DNA from: an uncultured Desulfosarcina sp.
GTDB lineage: Bacteria; Desulfobacterota; Desulfobacteria; Desulfobacterales; Desulfosarcinaceae
DNA: 64,000 nt
Assembly (NCBI GenBank): GCA_963674945.2
Contig: CAXXWQ010000001.1
Location: 288,001-352,000, forward strand
Direction: 5' to 3'
In this document: piece after piece, positions 9,523 through 17,993 of the stretch
How positions within the stretch are numbered: the stretch's first letter is position 1
How the letters are laid out: every line of letters begins with the position of its first letter
The notes under the pieces: generated by a model
Told to the model about the DNA's origin: nothing
What the model saw: only the letters and a program-made list of their open reading frames with translations
Database searches by the model: none
Made by a program: the position numbers and the translations under genes

Positions 9523-11039
9523 TGTGTTTCTCCCGAAAAAGAGTGTGTTATGGGCAAAGACAAGGTAAACGAGGCACCGTGGCCGGGTGTGCTTCTGACG
9601 GTGATGTTGCCGCCATGGCTTTTAATGATGCCATAGCTGACCGACAGTCCAAGGCCGGTTCCTTCGCCTGTGGGCTTGGTGGTGAAAAAGGGGTCGAAAA
9701 TACGGGGCAAATTCTCTTTTACGATACCATGGCCCGTATCCGAGAATTCCACCGTAACACGACTGCCCGCCTCGTTCTGCCCGGTGGCAATCCTGATGGT
9801 TCCTTTCGGCCTCACGGCATGAATGGCATTCATCAGCAAATTGATGAGCACCTGTTTGATTTTCTTCTCATCCATGAGGATTGAAGGCAGATTCTGTGAG
9901 AAATCAGTCTCGATTCGGATGTTCTCCAGGTTGCTATGGTGGCGCACGAATCCGATTACCTCCTCGATAACCGTTTGAATATACAGGTTTTCCTTTTCCG
10001 GACTCGATGTCCGCGCAAAGTTGAGCAGGTCCTCCACGATCGCCTTGCACGTCTTGACGTGTTTTTCGATGGTTCTCAGGTCATCGTACCGGTCCGAACT
10101 TTCATCTTCCCCCCGCAAAAGCAGTTGGGTATACCCTAAAATGATGCCCAGCGGGTTGTTGATTTCATGGGCGATACCCGAAGAGAGCTCACCGATGGAT
10201 GCCAGCTTGTCCGCCTGGGCCATCTGTTTTTGCATCAAACGACGCTGTTCGATGTCCTTGATCAGAAAGTGTATGGTCCCTCCTTCTTCCAGGGGTGTCT
10301 TGGCAAGGCTGCCCGACAGCAGCACCCGGCGCCGTGTACCGTCTTTTATTACGAGGTCGAACTCCTCGCTGGAGATGAAACCACGATCCTCGATGTGCCG
10401 TCTGATGGCCTCCCAATCCCTTGTGTCGGATAGAAACTCCGTAAAACGGTGTCCCTCGATGCTTTCTCCATCGGAAAGGCAAAGTCCCACCATCATTTTC
10501 CCGGCCGGGTTCAGGTTGAGAATTCGTCCGCAGGTGGTGGTCACCATGATCATGTCTTTGGATACCTCGAAGATCCGCCGGTATTTCTGTTCTGAAATCG
10601 CCAGTGCCTCGGTGCGTTTCTCCACCAATTGTTCCAGATTCTGATTCAGATACAAAAGCTCTTCATGTGCGGTCTGAAGGGCCTGTCGATCTTTTAGAAT
10701 CGTTTTGTAGATGGTCCATGTGCGTTCGAAATATAGGGTTACCGACGCCACGACGATAAAAGTGAATGTGTTGATGGCACCGGAAAAGGGTTGAATCTTT
10801 GCCCAAACATCCTGACGGTCCGACAAGAGGAGGAGCTGCTTGAGCAGGTGGCCGGCAGATCGGGAAATGGCGAAGACGGACAGTGCGAGGCACACCCACA
10901 GCAGATAGGCGACGATGATGTCATTGGGTGCCTTTTTCTTAAGGCGACGGCTTAATCCGAAGCCGAGAAAGGCGAATACGATCATCAGGATGGAGCCCAC
11001 CACATCGACGATCCAGATGGGAATGAGCGTTACGTTCAT
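9519..11039 (-). CDS. Membrane PAS-domain sensor histidine kinase
   Basis: Three N-terminal TM helices, PAS, H-box IAHEINNPL, N box, DTGHGI, FDPFFTTK, GTGLGL; start at MNVTLIP overlaps the upstream stop. Confidence 0.93.
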   Translation of the reverse strand: MNVTLIPIWIVDVVGSILMIVFAFLGFGLSRRLKKKAPNDIIVAYLLWVCLALSVFAISRSAGHLLKQLLLLSDRQDVWAKIQPFSGAINTFTFIVVASVTLYFERTWTIYKTILKDRQALQTAHEELLYLNQNLEQLVEKRTEALAISEQKYRRIFEVSKDMIMVTTTCGRILNLNPAGKMMVGLCLSDGESIEGHRFTEFLSDTRDWEAIRRHIEDRGFISSEEFDLVIKDGTRRRVLLSGSLAKTPLEEGGTIHFLIKDIEQRRLMQKQMAQADKLASIGELSSGIAHEINNPLGIILGYTQLLLRGEDESSDRYDDLRTIEKHVKTCKAIVEDLLNFARTSSPEKENLYIQTVIEEVIGFVRHHSNLENIRIETDFSQNLPSILMDEKKIKQVLINLLMNAIHAVRPKGTIRIATGQNEAGSRVTVEFSDTGHGIVKENLPRIFDPFFTTKPTGEGTGLGLSVSYGIIKSHGGNITVRSTPGHGASFTLSLPITHSFSGETQ

Positions 11040-11539
11040 CGGCGGATATCCTCGGAGGCCTGGCCCAAAGGATGTTTTTTCAGCATATGGCGCAGGCCCA
11101 GCCACAGGCAGATCATTGCCGGTACGCAGAGCAGATGGTCCAGTTTCGCCAGGTAGTAGGTGCGTGCCAGCCAGTCTCGATTGCCGGTCGTGGTGAGGCG
11201 AATATGCCAGTCGTCCAGGGTTTTCACGCCAACGGCCAGCATCTGCTCATCGAGAAAATGTACCAAAATGGTATCGATATTCCAGAAAATGAAAAACAGG
11301 GCAGCGTATTGGATGTATCGCCATCCGGGTTCTCTGACCAGATCGGCCCGCCTGAGCCAGTAGATCAAAAGAACCATGGAGAAGAGAAAGAACAGATGGG
11401 CGATCTGATGCACCCATACACCCTCGATGCCACCGTGGCCCTGGGTGGCGAGCACGGGCATGCCATTGAGCATGATTAGGAAAAAACAAGCAGCTGGAGG
11501 CGTGAAACGGTAAAAATGGTCCTTGAGAATTCTAATCAT
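11036..11539 (-). CDS. Hypothetical His-rich membrane protein
   Basis: Signal-like N-terminus, about three TM helices, HGG.EG..VHQIAH and DHLLCVPA; 4-nt overlap with the kinase start. Confidence 0.75.
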   Translation of the reverse strand: MIRILKDHFYRFTPPAACFFLIMLNGMPVLATQGHGGIEGVWVHQIAHLFFLFSMVLLIYWLRRADLVREPGWRYIQYAALFFIFWNIDTILVHFLDEQMLAVGVKTLDDWHIRLTTTGNRDWLARTYYLAKLDHLLCVPAMICLWLGLRHMLKKHPLGQASEDIRR

Positions 11540-11634
11540 TTGCCAACTTGCACCAATGGATTCTGGATCGTAATTGCCGGTTGTACTCCAAGCCGTGATG
11601 GCTGCCGGCTTATAAGGGGATGGTTCGCATTTTC

Positions 11635-12198
11635 TTAGCTGGAGGATTTTTCAGCTTCGTCCAGCATTTTTTGAACGCCATTGAAATAGGGTAGATAGGG
11701 TCGCATATACTTAAATAGAATACGGCTGAGAATATACATGGGGATGAAGGAAAACATGCATCCCACGCCTTCTTTAAAAACAATGGAAAAAGGTGGCGCG
11801 ATGAGGAAATTGACATCTGCGAACCGCGTATTCAACCACCCCATGGCAAAGGGAAGAGGCCATAGGATGCCTGCGCTATGGGCTACCATGGTGAAAAAAT
11901 TTTTCCCCCAGGCATCGGTAGCCTCTTTGTTCAGGGCCTTGTAACTCTTCTTGTCCCCCGACTTATAGGCGACCAGTGAGAGGCGTTCTTTTTCCAGCAT
12001 CTCCGCCGTCATCTGATCAACATAGCGTTTGTTGAACTTCAGGGCCAGGGATATGGAAAGCTCCCCGATGATCACACACAAGAAGGATAAAACAAAGGTG
12101 CCGATCAGGTAATTGATAATCGGGATGCCTGTCAACCGGTAGAAGAAGATTAAAAAAGCATCGGAAATCAGATAAAGCTGATGCAAGAAAGTTTCCAT
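11635..12198 (-). CDS. Hypothetical membrane protein
   Basis: About three TM segments around a helical soluble stretch; same strand, between TSUP and the two-component genes. Confidence 0.75.
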   Translation of the reverse strand: METFLHQLYLISDAFLIFFYRLTGIPIINYLIGTFVLSFLCVIIGELSISLALKFNKRYVDQMTAEMLEKERLSLVAYKSGDKKSYKALNKEATDAWGKNFFTMVAHSAGILWPLPFAMGWLNTRFADVNFLIAPPFSIVFKEGVGCMFSFIPMYILSRILFKYMRPYLPYFNGVQKMLDEAEKSSS

Positions 12199-12214
12199 AG
12201 TCCAGTAAGTAAGT

Positions 12215-12253
12215 AAAACCGGTGCCGGTGCATGGGTGGCCGGCACCGGTTTT
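12215..12253 (-). terminator. Hairpin/intrinsic terminator downstream of the TSUP gene
   Basis: AAAACCGGTGCCGG-N11-CCGGCACCGGTTTT. Confidence 0.7.
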
Positions 12254-12281
12254 TATCGTTCAATGACGCGTCTAGTTGCGA

Positions 12282-13430
12282 CTACAGCATTGCAATTCCG
12301 AAAAAGCCTCGCAAGGTGTACCGCAGGCCGATATAGAAAGCCAGAACGAGGAAGATCCACTTGAGAACCCTCTCCGGGATGTATTTGCCGGTGCGCGGTC
12401 CGATCATGGAACCCACGAAAATACCAACTAGTTCTGCACCGATCATGGGCCAGTAGACCATGACGCCCTTTAGCACCATGAAGTTAAAAATAGAGAAGAT
12501 CATTCCGATCAATACGGACAGAGCTGATGTCCCCGCCACCACGAACATGGGCAAGCCAACGACGCTGGTGAGGAAGGGCACGTAGAGAAAACCGCCGCCA
12601 ACGCCGATGAAGGAGGCCAAGGCCGAGATCAGAAAGCCGCCCACAAAAGCCCATATGGGGCTAAAGGAGAATGTCTGTCCGAAAAAGGAAATTTCAGTTT
12701 TGGCAAGGCTCCATTTTAGGGTTTTGACACCCTGTGCTGTGATATCACCACCGGCTTTCATGGTATCCTCGAAAGCCTTTGCGGCTGCCTTGGCCGCTTT
12801 CTTGGAGGCCTGTCCCTTGGGACTCATCTCGTAAATCATGAAAGCCGCGATTAGAAAAACGACGAGCCCGAAGAATCCCTGATACTGAGAAAATTTAATT
12901 TTGCCGGCGGTGGTGAAGACGACCAGCAGGGTTGCAAAAAGGGCACCGATGCCAAGGAAAAAGCCCAGGGCCGGTACCAACCGTTTTTGTTTATAGTAGT
13001 TGAAGCTGGAAACCAGAGCGGAAAGTCCAACCAACCACTGGTTGGATACGCGGATGCTGTCGGTGACGAATTTGTTCAGCCCCGGAGCGGTCTCTTTGAA
13101 AGTTTTGGCATAGGCACCCAACCCGTAAATGGTGATGTGCCCGACACCGGCCATGATCCCGCCGAACGCACCGACGGTGGAGAAGATCCAGCCCACCCAG
13201 ATGGCCCAGAAGAAAGCCCCTATCAGGTTGACATTGGGGGCGCCGGGAATACCGAAGATACCTGGTTTGGCATTGGGGTCGATATGACCTTTTTCAGTTC
13301 CCTGAGGCACTTTGGCAATGGCTTCCTCCAGGCTGGCGGCCGTCGCATTACCGGCAGTGAGCATTACCGGTGCAACCACAACCGAAAACAGTAACAACAT
13401 TACAATGGGCAAAATACACTTTTTTTTCAT
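12282..13430 (-). CDS. TSUP (TauE/SafE, DUF81) family transporter
   Basis: Two repeats with STVGAFGG and SFIGVGGGFLYVPFL...VAGTS; many TM helices; N-terminal signal-like extension. Confidence 0.88.
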   Translation of the reverse strand: MKKKCILPIVMLLLFSVVVAPVMLTAGNATAASLEEAIAKVPQGTEKGHIDPNAKPGIFGIPGAPNVNLIGAFFWAIWVGWIFSTVGAFGGIMAGVGHITIYGLGAYAKTFKETAPGLNKFVTDSIRVSNQWLVGLSALVSSFNYYKQKRLVPALGFFLGIGALFATLLVVFTTAGKIKFSQYQGFFGLVVFLIAAFMIYEMSPKGQASKKAAKAAAKAFEDTMKAGGDITAQGVKTLKWSLAKTEISFFGQTFSFSPIWAFVGGFLISALASFIGVGGGFLYVPFLTSVVGLPMFVVAGTSALSVLIGMIFSIFNFMVLKGVMVYWPMIGAELVGIFVGSMIGPRTGKYIPERVLKWIFLVLAFYIGLRYTLRGFFGIAML

Positions 13431-13587
13431 GGATAACCTCCCGGGTGTGAATTATATTGACCGAACTCCTTTTGGCCTTGGCCATCATTGCTTGTCTGGA
13501 AAATGATGTCTCTCCACTTACGCGATTCATCGCTTTGTTTTCCTACTATCACCTCCTGTCTCACCATTAAAAAGTTGTTTGATGAAG

Positions 13588-13603
13588 AGCAACTTACATG
13601 CCA
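13588..13603 (-). promoter_or_regulatory. Sigma-54 (-24/-12) promoter for the TSUP operon
   Basis: TGGCATGTAAGTTGCT on the minus strand, exact GG-N10-GC spacing. Confidence 0.75.
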
Positions 13604-13967
13604 GCCGGGTATTGATCGGGCAAATGCCGAGAGCGTTTGAAAATCCTGTCTTAACAGAACGATATGCTTATCTGGAATCGGTTATGGAAGTTATGGCGAT
13701 CGTTGAAGTGCCGCGCAACAATTTTATTGTGCAATATATTTTTTTCATTTCATCCATTTTGTTGATTATACTATATTTTCAAAAAGCATTTAAACGCAAT
13801 AATAATATTTCACTGCCAATAATAGTTTGCGTTTATTGGTGTCATTCTATCGATCCCGCATCCAATGGATTACCGCAACTCAGCTTATCAACTTATATCT
13901 GTCTGAATTAATGGTATATTTTTCCTATTGCGGTATTCCCTTGCTTGCCTATAATGAAGGTATATGA

Positions 13968-13983
13968 TGGTATATCATTTGCT
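13968..13983 (+). promoter_or_regulatory. Sigma-54 (-24/-12) promoter for the Fe-S/flavoprotein operon
   Basis: TGGTATATCATTTGCT, exact GG-N10-GC spacing, about 110 nt before the ATG at 14092. Confidence 0.6.
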
Positions 13984-14091
13984 TGTTTTTTAACGTTTCA
14001 ATGAAATGTTCATTCAACGGGATGCCGGTTACCAAGGCTTGTCGGAGCCATTGGCCAGCGACGGCAATCGGTCAATCAGGATGCGAGGATC

Positions 14092-14610
14092 ATGAGTAAA
14101 TATTACTTGTTTCAGGACACCAAGAAATGCATCGGATGTCATGCCTGTGAAGTGCAGTGCAAGGCCAACAAGAACCTGCCCATCGGACCGAGATTGTGTC
14201 AGATTATTCAGGTGGGCCCAAAGATGATCGGTGGGCTCCCAAGGGCGGCCTACATTTTCATGCCCTGTTTCCACTGCGAGAATCCCTGGTGTGTCGCCGC
14301 TTGTCCCACCGGTGCCATGCAGCAACGCAGTCAAGACGGAATCGTTTTCGTGGATCAAAGCCTTTGCGTGGGCTGCAAGACCTGCATCTCCGCTTGCCCC
14401 TGGGGGGCGCCCCAGTGGAATCCGGAAACGGGAAAGGTGGTCAAATGCGACTACTGCATCGATCGTGTGGACCGGGGGCTGGAGCCCGCATGCGTGACCA
14501 CCTGTACGACCCATTGTCTGAAGTTCGGCAAGGTGGAGGAGATGACGCAGATCCGACGCGAACGTCATGCCCAGACCGTTGCATCTTTGGAGCACACTGC
14601 CTTTTCGTAA
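14092..14610 (+). CDS. 4x[4Fe-4S] electron-transfer protein (DmsB/PhsB/NrfC-like)
   Basis: CIGCHACEVQC, CFHCENPWCVAACP, CVGCKTCISACP, KCDYC...PACVTTC. Confidence 0.92.
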   Translation: MSKYYLFQDTKKCIGCHACEVQCKANKNLPIGPRLCQIIQVGPKMIGGLPRAAYIFMPCFHCENPWCVAACPTGAMQQRSQDGIVFVDQSLCVGCKTCISACPWGAPQWNPETGKVVKCDYCIDRVDRGLEPACVTTCTTHCLKFGKVEEMTQIRRERHAQTVASLEHTAFS

Positions 14611-14624
14611 CTTAGGGGGCTTTC

Positions 14625-16781
14625 ATGTCTTCAACCCAATGTCCGGTAACACAATGCATCCATTATATTGATGACCAGATCTCAGGTGGGGCAATCAAGA
14701 TACCCAAAAGCCGGAGATTGGCCGAAGAGATTCATAGCCTCTTAAATGATGTGGCCTGGGGAAGGGCCGGAAACGATCACCTGTCTGCCATTCATAAGTT
14801 AATTCAGGATTTGCACAATGATCGCGATGAAGAGCAAGGTTTTCGACTGGGTCAATATCTTCATGGAATGGTGACGGAGAATGGGGAAGTTTTCGAAAGC
14901 CATGTGAAGACCCACAACTGTCCCAGCGGAACCTGTGAATGGTTGACGCCGGCGCCTTGCCAGATGGCCTGCCCGGCGGGGATCGATGTGCCCACCTACG
15001 TGACGTTGATCGGCCAGGGAAAGGATGCCGAGGCCATTGACGTGATCCGAAAGGACAATCCCTTTCCATGGGTTTGTGGATTGGTCTGTACGCGGCCCTG
15101 CGAGTTCATGTGCGTTCGCGGGCGTATGGATACGGCTGTCTCCATTAAATTTCTCAAGGGGTTCGCCGCCGAACGGGCCATGTCCGAAGGCAGTTATCGG
15201 AATCCCGACAAGGAACACGAAAACGGAAAACGCGTCTGCATCGTCGGAGCCGGGCCGGGGGGCCTAAGTGCGGCCTATTACCTGGCGCTCAAAGGATACG
15301 CCGTGCACGTCGTGGAAGCACTACCCATGGCCGGTGGTATGATCATGGTGGGCATCCCCCGTTATCGGCTCCCCAGAGAGGTGATCGACAGGGAAGTTGC
15401 CATGTTGGAGGATTTGGGCGTTACCTTCTCCTTTAATACGCGGTTCGGCCGGGATGTCACCCTCGATGATTTGAAACGAAAGGGATACGAGGCCTTCTTC
15501 TTCGCCATCGGTGCCCATAAGGCCTATACCCTGGGGATCGAAGGAGAGAAAACCTATCCCCAAACCATTGAAGCCATTGACCTTTTGCGCCGGGTTGCCT
15601 TGGGTGATCGTCGAATCCCCGGCAAACATGTGGTCGTGGTGGGTGGCGGAAACGTGGCCATCGACGCTGCCCGAACCTGCCTTCGATTGGGTTGCCCGGA
15701 AGTGACCATCGCCTACCGGCGTACCCGGCACGAAATGCCGGCAGACGAGGAGGAGGTGGAACAGGCCGAGGAAGAGGGCGTTCGTTTCTCCTTCCTTACC
15801 ATACCCGGCGAGATCGAAGGAGAGAACGGTTGCCTCACCGGGCTCAAGTGTGTCCGCGCCCAGTTGGTCAAGCGGGAGGGAAGCAGCCGCATGTCACCCG
15901 TACCCGTATTGGGCAGTGAATACGTAATGGATGCCGACGTGGTGATCAGTGCCATCGGCCAGAAGGTGGACCAGCATGCGCTGGCGGAAATGAAGGAATT
16001 GGGGTGGACCCGGCGCGGTACCATCGATGTGAACATGGTCACCATGGAGACTTCCATCCCTGGCGTGTTCGCGGCCGGTGACGCGGTCACCGGACCCGCG
16101 ACGGTGATCGAAGCCATCGGTGGCGGAAAGCGGGCGGCAGAGGCCATCGACCGTTATATGCTCGGTATCCCCCAACCCCAGATGCCGCCGGTTCCCGTTC
16201 GTCGGCGAAGGGAACCCTGCATCGAGGTGCCGGCAAGCACGAAAACGGTCATCAAGCGTCCCGTCATGGACATGTTGAATCTGGATCGCCGCCGAACCAC
16301 TTTCCAGCAGGTGGAGTTGGGATACACGGAGAACATGGTCCGGGAGGAGGCCAGACGGTGCCTGCGGTGTGATATCTGCCGCCGGTGTGGCCGATGTGTG
16401 GAGATCTGCCGTGACAAGATGGGAATCAGCGCCCTCGAACTGGGGTATCTGGAATTCGATAATCCCGGAAAAACGGATCTCCGTATTACCGAGGAGCGTT
16501 GTATCGCCTGTGGTGCATGTGCCGCCAATTGCCCCACGGGGGCCATGCGTATCGAGGATCGGGGCGATGAACGGTTGTTGATTTTGTGTGGAACGATTCT
16601 AAATCGGCAGAAACTGGTCTTTTGCGATTCCTGTGGAAAGGCCATGGGGCCGAAAAAGTATTTGGATTTCATTAAAAACCGTGTGAAGCCGGTGGGGCAG
16701 GTTGCCGCGGATACACTGATCTGCGAGGCGTGTGCCAGAAACCAGTCGGCACGGTTCGGGGCCGATACGATGCCGGTTTAG
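14625..16781 (+). CDS. Multidomain Fe-S flavoprotein (GltD/NfnB-like core, NuoF-C-like N-terminus, C-terminal ferredoxin)
   Basis: APCQMACPAGIDVP, CGLVCTRPCEFMC, GAGPGG, GGGNVAID, YRR, FAAGD, EARRCLRC, two further CxxCxxCxxxC motifs. Confidence 0.9.
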   Translation: MSSTQCPVTQCIHYIDDQISGGAIKIPKSRRLAEEIHSLLNDVAWGRAGNDHLSAIHKLIQDLHNDRDEEQGFRLGQYLHGMVTENGEVFESHVKTHNCPSGTCEWLTPAPCQMACPAGIDVPTYVTLIGQGKDAEAIDVIRKDNPFPWVCGLVCTRPCEFMCVRGRMDTAVSIKFLKGFAAERAMSEGSYRNPDKEHENGKRVCIVGAGPGGLSAAYYLALKGYAVHVVEALPMAGGMIMVGIPRYRLPREVIDREVAMLEDLGVTFSFNTRFGRDVTLDDLKRKGYEAFFFAIGAHKAYTLGIEGEKTYPQTIEAIDLLRRVALGDRRIPGKHVVVVGGGNVAIDAARTCLRLGCPEVTIAYRRTRHEMPADEEEVEQAEEEGVRFSFLTIPGEIEGENGCLTGLKCVRAQLVKREGSSRMSPVPVLGSEYVMDADVVISAIGQKVDQHALAEMKELGWTRRGTIDVNMVTMETSIPGVFAAGDAVTGPATVIEAIGGGKRAAEAIDRYMLGIPQPQMPPVPVRRRREPCIEVPASTKTVIKRPVMDMLNLDRRRTTFQQVELGYTENMVREEARRCLRCDICRRCGRCVEICRDKMGISALELGYLEFDNPGKTDLRITEERCIACGACAANCPTGAMRIEDRGDERLLILCGTILNRQKLVFCDSCGKAMGPKKYLDFIKNRVKPVGQVAADTLICEACARNQSARFGADTMPV

Positions 16782-16981
16782 GCGCTACAATATCTGCTGT
16801 GTTCTTGACGATATGGTGTTCTGAGACTTCTAAAGAACTCGTTGGTCAATACAAATGAATAGATGCTTTTTATAAAAAGCTTTTCCCGTTCAGTCAGTCG
16901 GCAAAGAAATGGAAGAATGCGTTTCTTTCGAAATGCTGTTTGGCCATCTTTGGCCTGGAAACGCTTTTTAAGGAGGCGGTA

Positions 16982-17194
16982 ATGATTTTTCGCAAAGGCC
17001 AAAAGGTCGAAGTATTCAAACGAAGCCAGGACGAAAGCTGGGAAGCCTACATGGACTGTTTCATCGGCTTGCATGGCATCATCACCGATCCGGATACGGC
17101 CATTAACGACCCGGATGCATTGATTGAAGTGAGCCTGGACGGAAAGGGAACCCACCGACTTCCCCAGGATTGTCTGAAGCCCCTGGACGACTGA
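16982..17194 (+). CDS. Small hypothetical protein (70 aa, SH3/KOW-like pattern)
   Basis: Strong AAGGAGG RBS; FRKGQKVEV ... G.I ... IEVSL ... LPQDCL. Confidence 0.7.
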   Translation: MIFRKGQKVEVFKRSQDESWEAYMDCFIGLHGIITDPDTAINDPDALIEVSLDGKGTHRLPQDCLKPLDD

Positions 17195-17257
17195 TAAATA
17201 CAGTGCCCTTTCAGTCGGTTGCCGTTATCAATGGGTTTATAGGGCCTTTTCTATATC

Positions 17258-17400
17258 AGTGTTCATCCAGAAATGGGAAAATTTGTTCGAGATCAAGGCG
17301 CACGAAAAATTTAACCGGAGACATATGTTTGATATTTCGAGGATTAAATTTTTTGCGCAACGCCGATATCGGGCAAATTAGCCATTTCTGGATGGGCACT
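17258..17400. repeat. MITE-like palindromic element, subfamily A
   Basis: About 36-bp imperfect terminal inverted repeats AGTGTTCATCCAGAAATGG.../...CCATTTCTGGATGGGCACT. Confidence 0.75.
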
Positions 17401-17423
17401 ATCTGATGAGGAGAACTTGGTCA

Positions 17424-17873
17424 ATGCATGTCAAGGACGTAATCAAACAGAAGCATCGGGTGGCCCACACCATTGTTTCGGATAAAACAGCCGAAGATGC
17501 CATCGTTCAAATGACGGAGCGACAGACCTCGGCAATTATCGTGATGGATGGCGAGGTACCCGTGGGAATTTTTACCGAAAGGGACGTCTTGCGATGCCAT
17601 GTGAGGTGGCGAGGCCGTCTCTTTCGTGAAATGCCACTTACCGAGGCCATGACCGACAAGCTGATCGTGGCCCAACCAGAAGATCTGGTGAGCAGCGCCA
17701 TGGCCATGATGATCCAGGCCGACATCCGGCATCTGCCGGTGGTGGAAAATCAGCGGATCATCGGCATTGTGACGATTTCCGATCTGGTTAAGCATCACGT
17801 GGGTGAACTTACTGCGGAACTTCACTACCTCCAGGAGTATATCACCGATCTCCAAGACGCGGTACATGATTGA
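17424..17873 (+). CDS. CBS-pair protein
   Basis: VGIFTERDVL, IRHLPVV, GIVTISDLV. Confidence 0.92.
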   Translation: MHVKDVIKQKHRVAHTIVSDKTAEDAIVQMTERQTSAIIVMDGEVPVGIFTERDVLRCHVRWRGRLFREMPLTEAMTDKLIVAQPEDLVSSAMAMMIQADIRHLPVVENQRIIGIVTISDLVKHHVGELTAELHYLQEYITDLQDAVHD

Positions 17874-17961
17874 CGATTTCGTAAAGAACCCGATATCTGC
17901 GTTACGCCGAACCCCTCGTCAGTGCGGAGTACTTCATGTACGCCTCCTTTACGAAATCGTC
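17872..17961. repeat. MITE-like palindromic element, subfamily B, internally deleted
   Basis: GACGATTTCGTAAA...TTTACGAAATCGTC; aligns to the reverse complement of 41746-41870. Confidence 0.8.
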
Positions 17962-17993
17962 CAACATTTTCGTTGTTTGCGAAGGACTGAATC

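Noticed and set aside
13348..13911. ORFs 13348-13530 (-) and 13579-13911 (+)
   Set aside because: They overlap the TSUP start or the AT-rich divergent promoter region; the nearby AGGAGGTGA is too far from an ATG; no family features.
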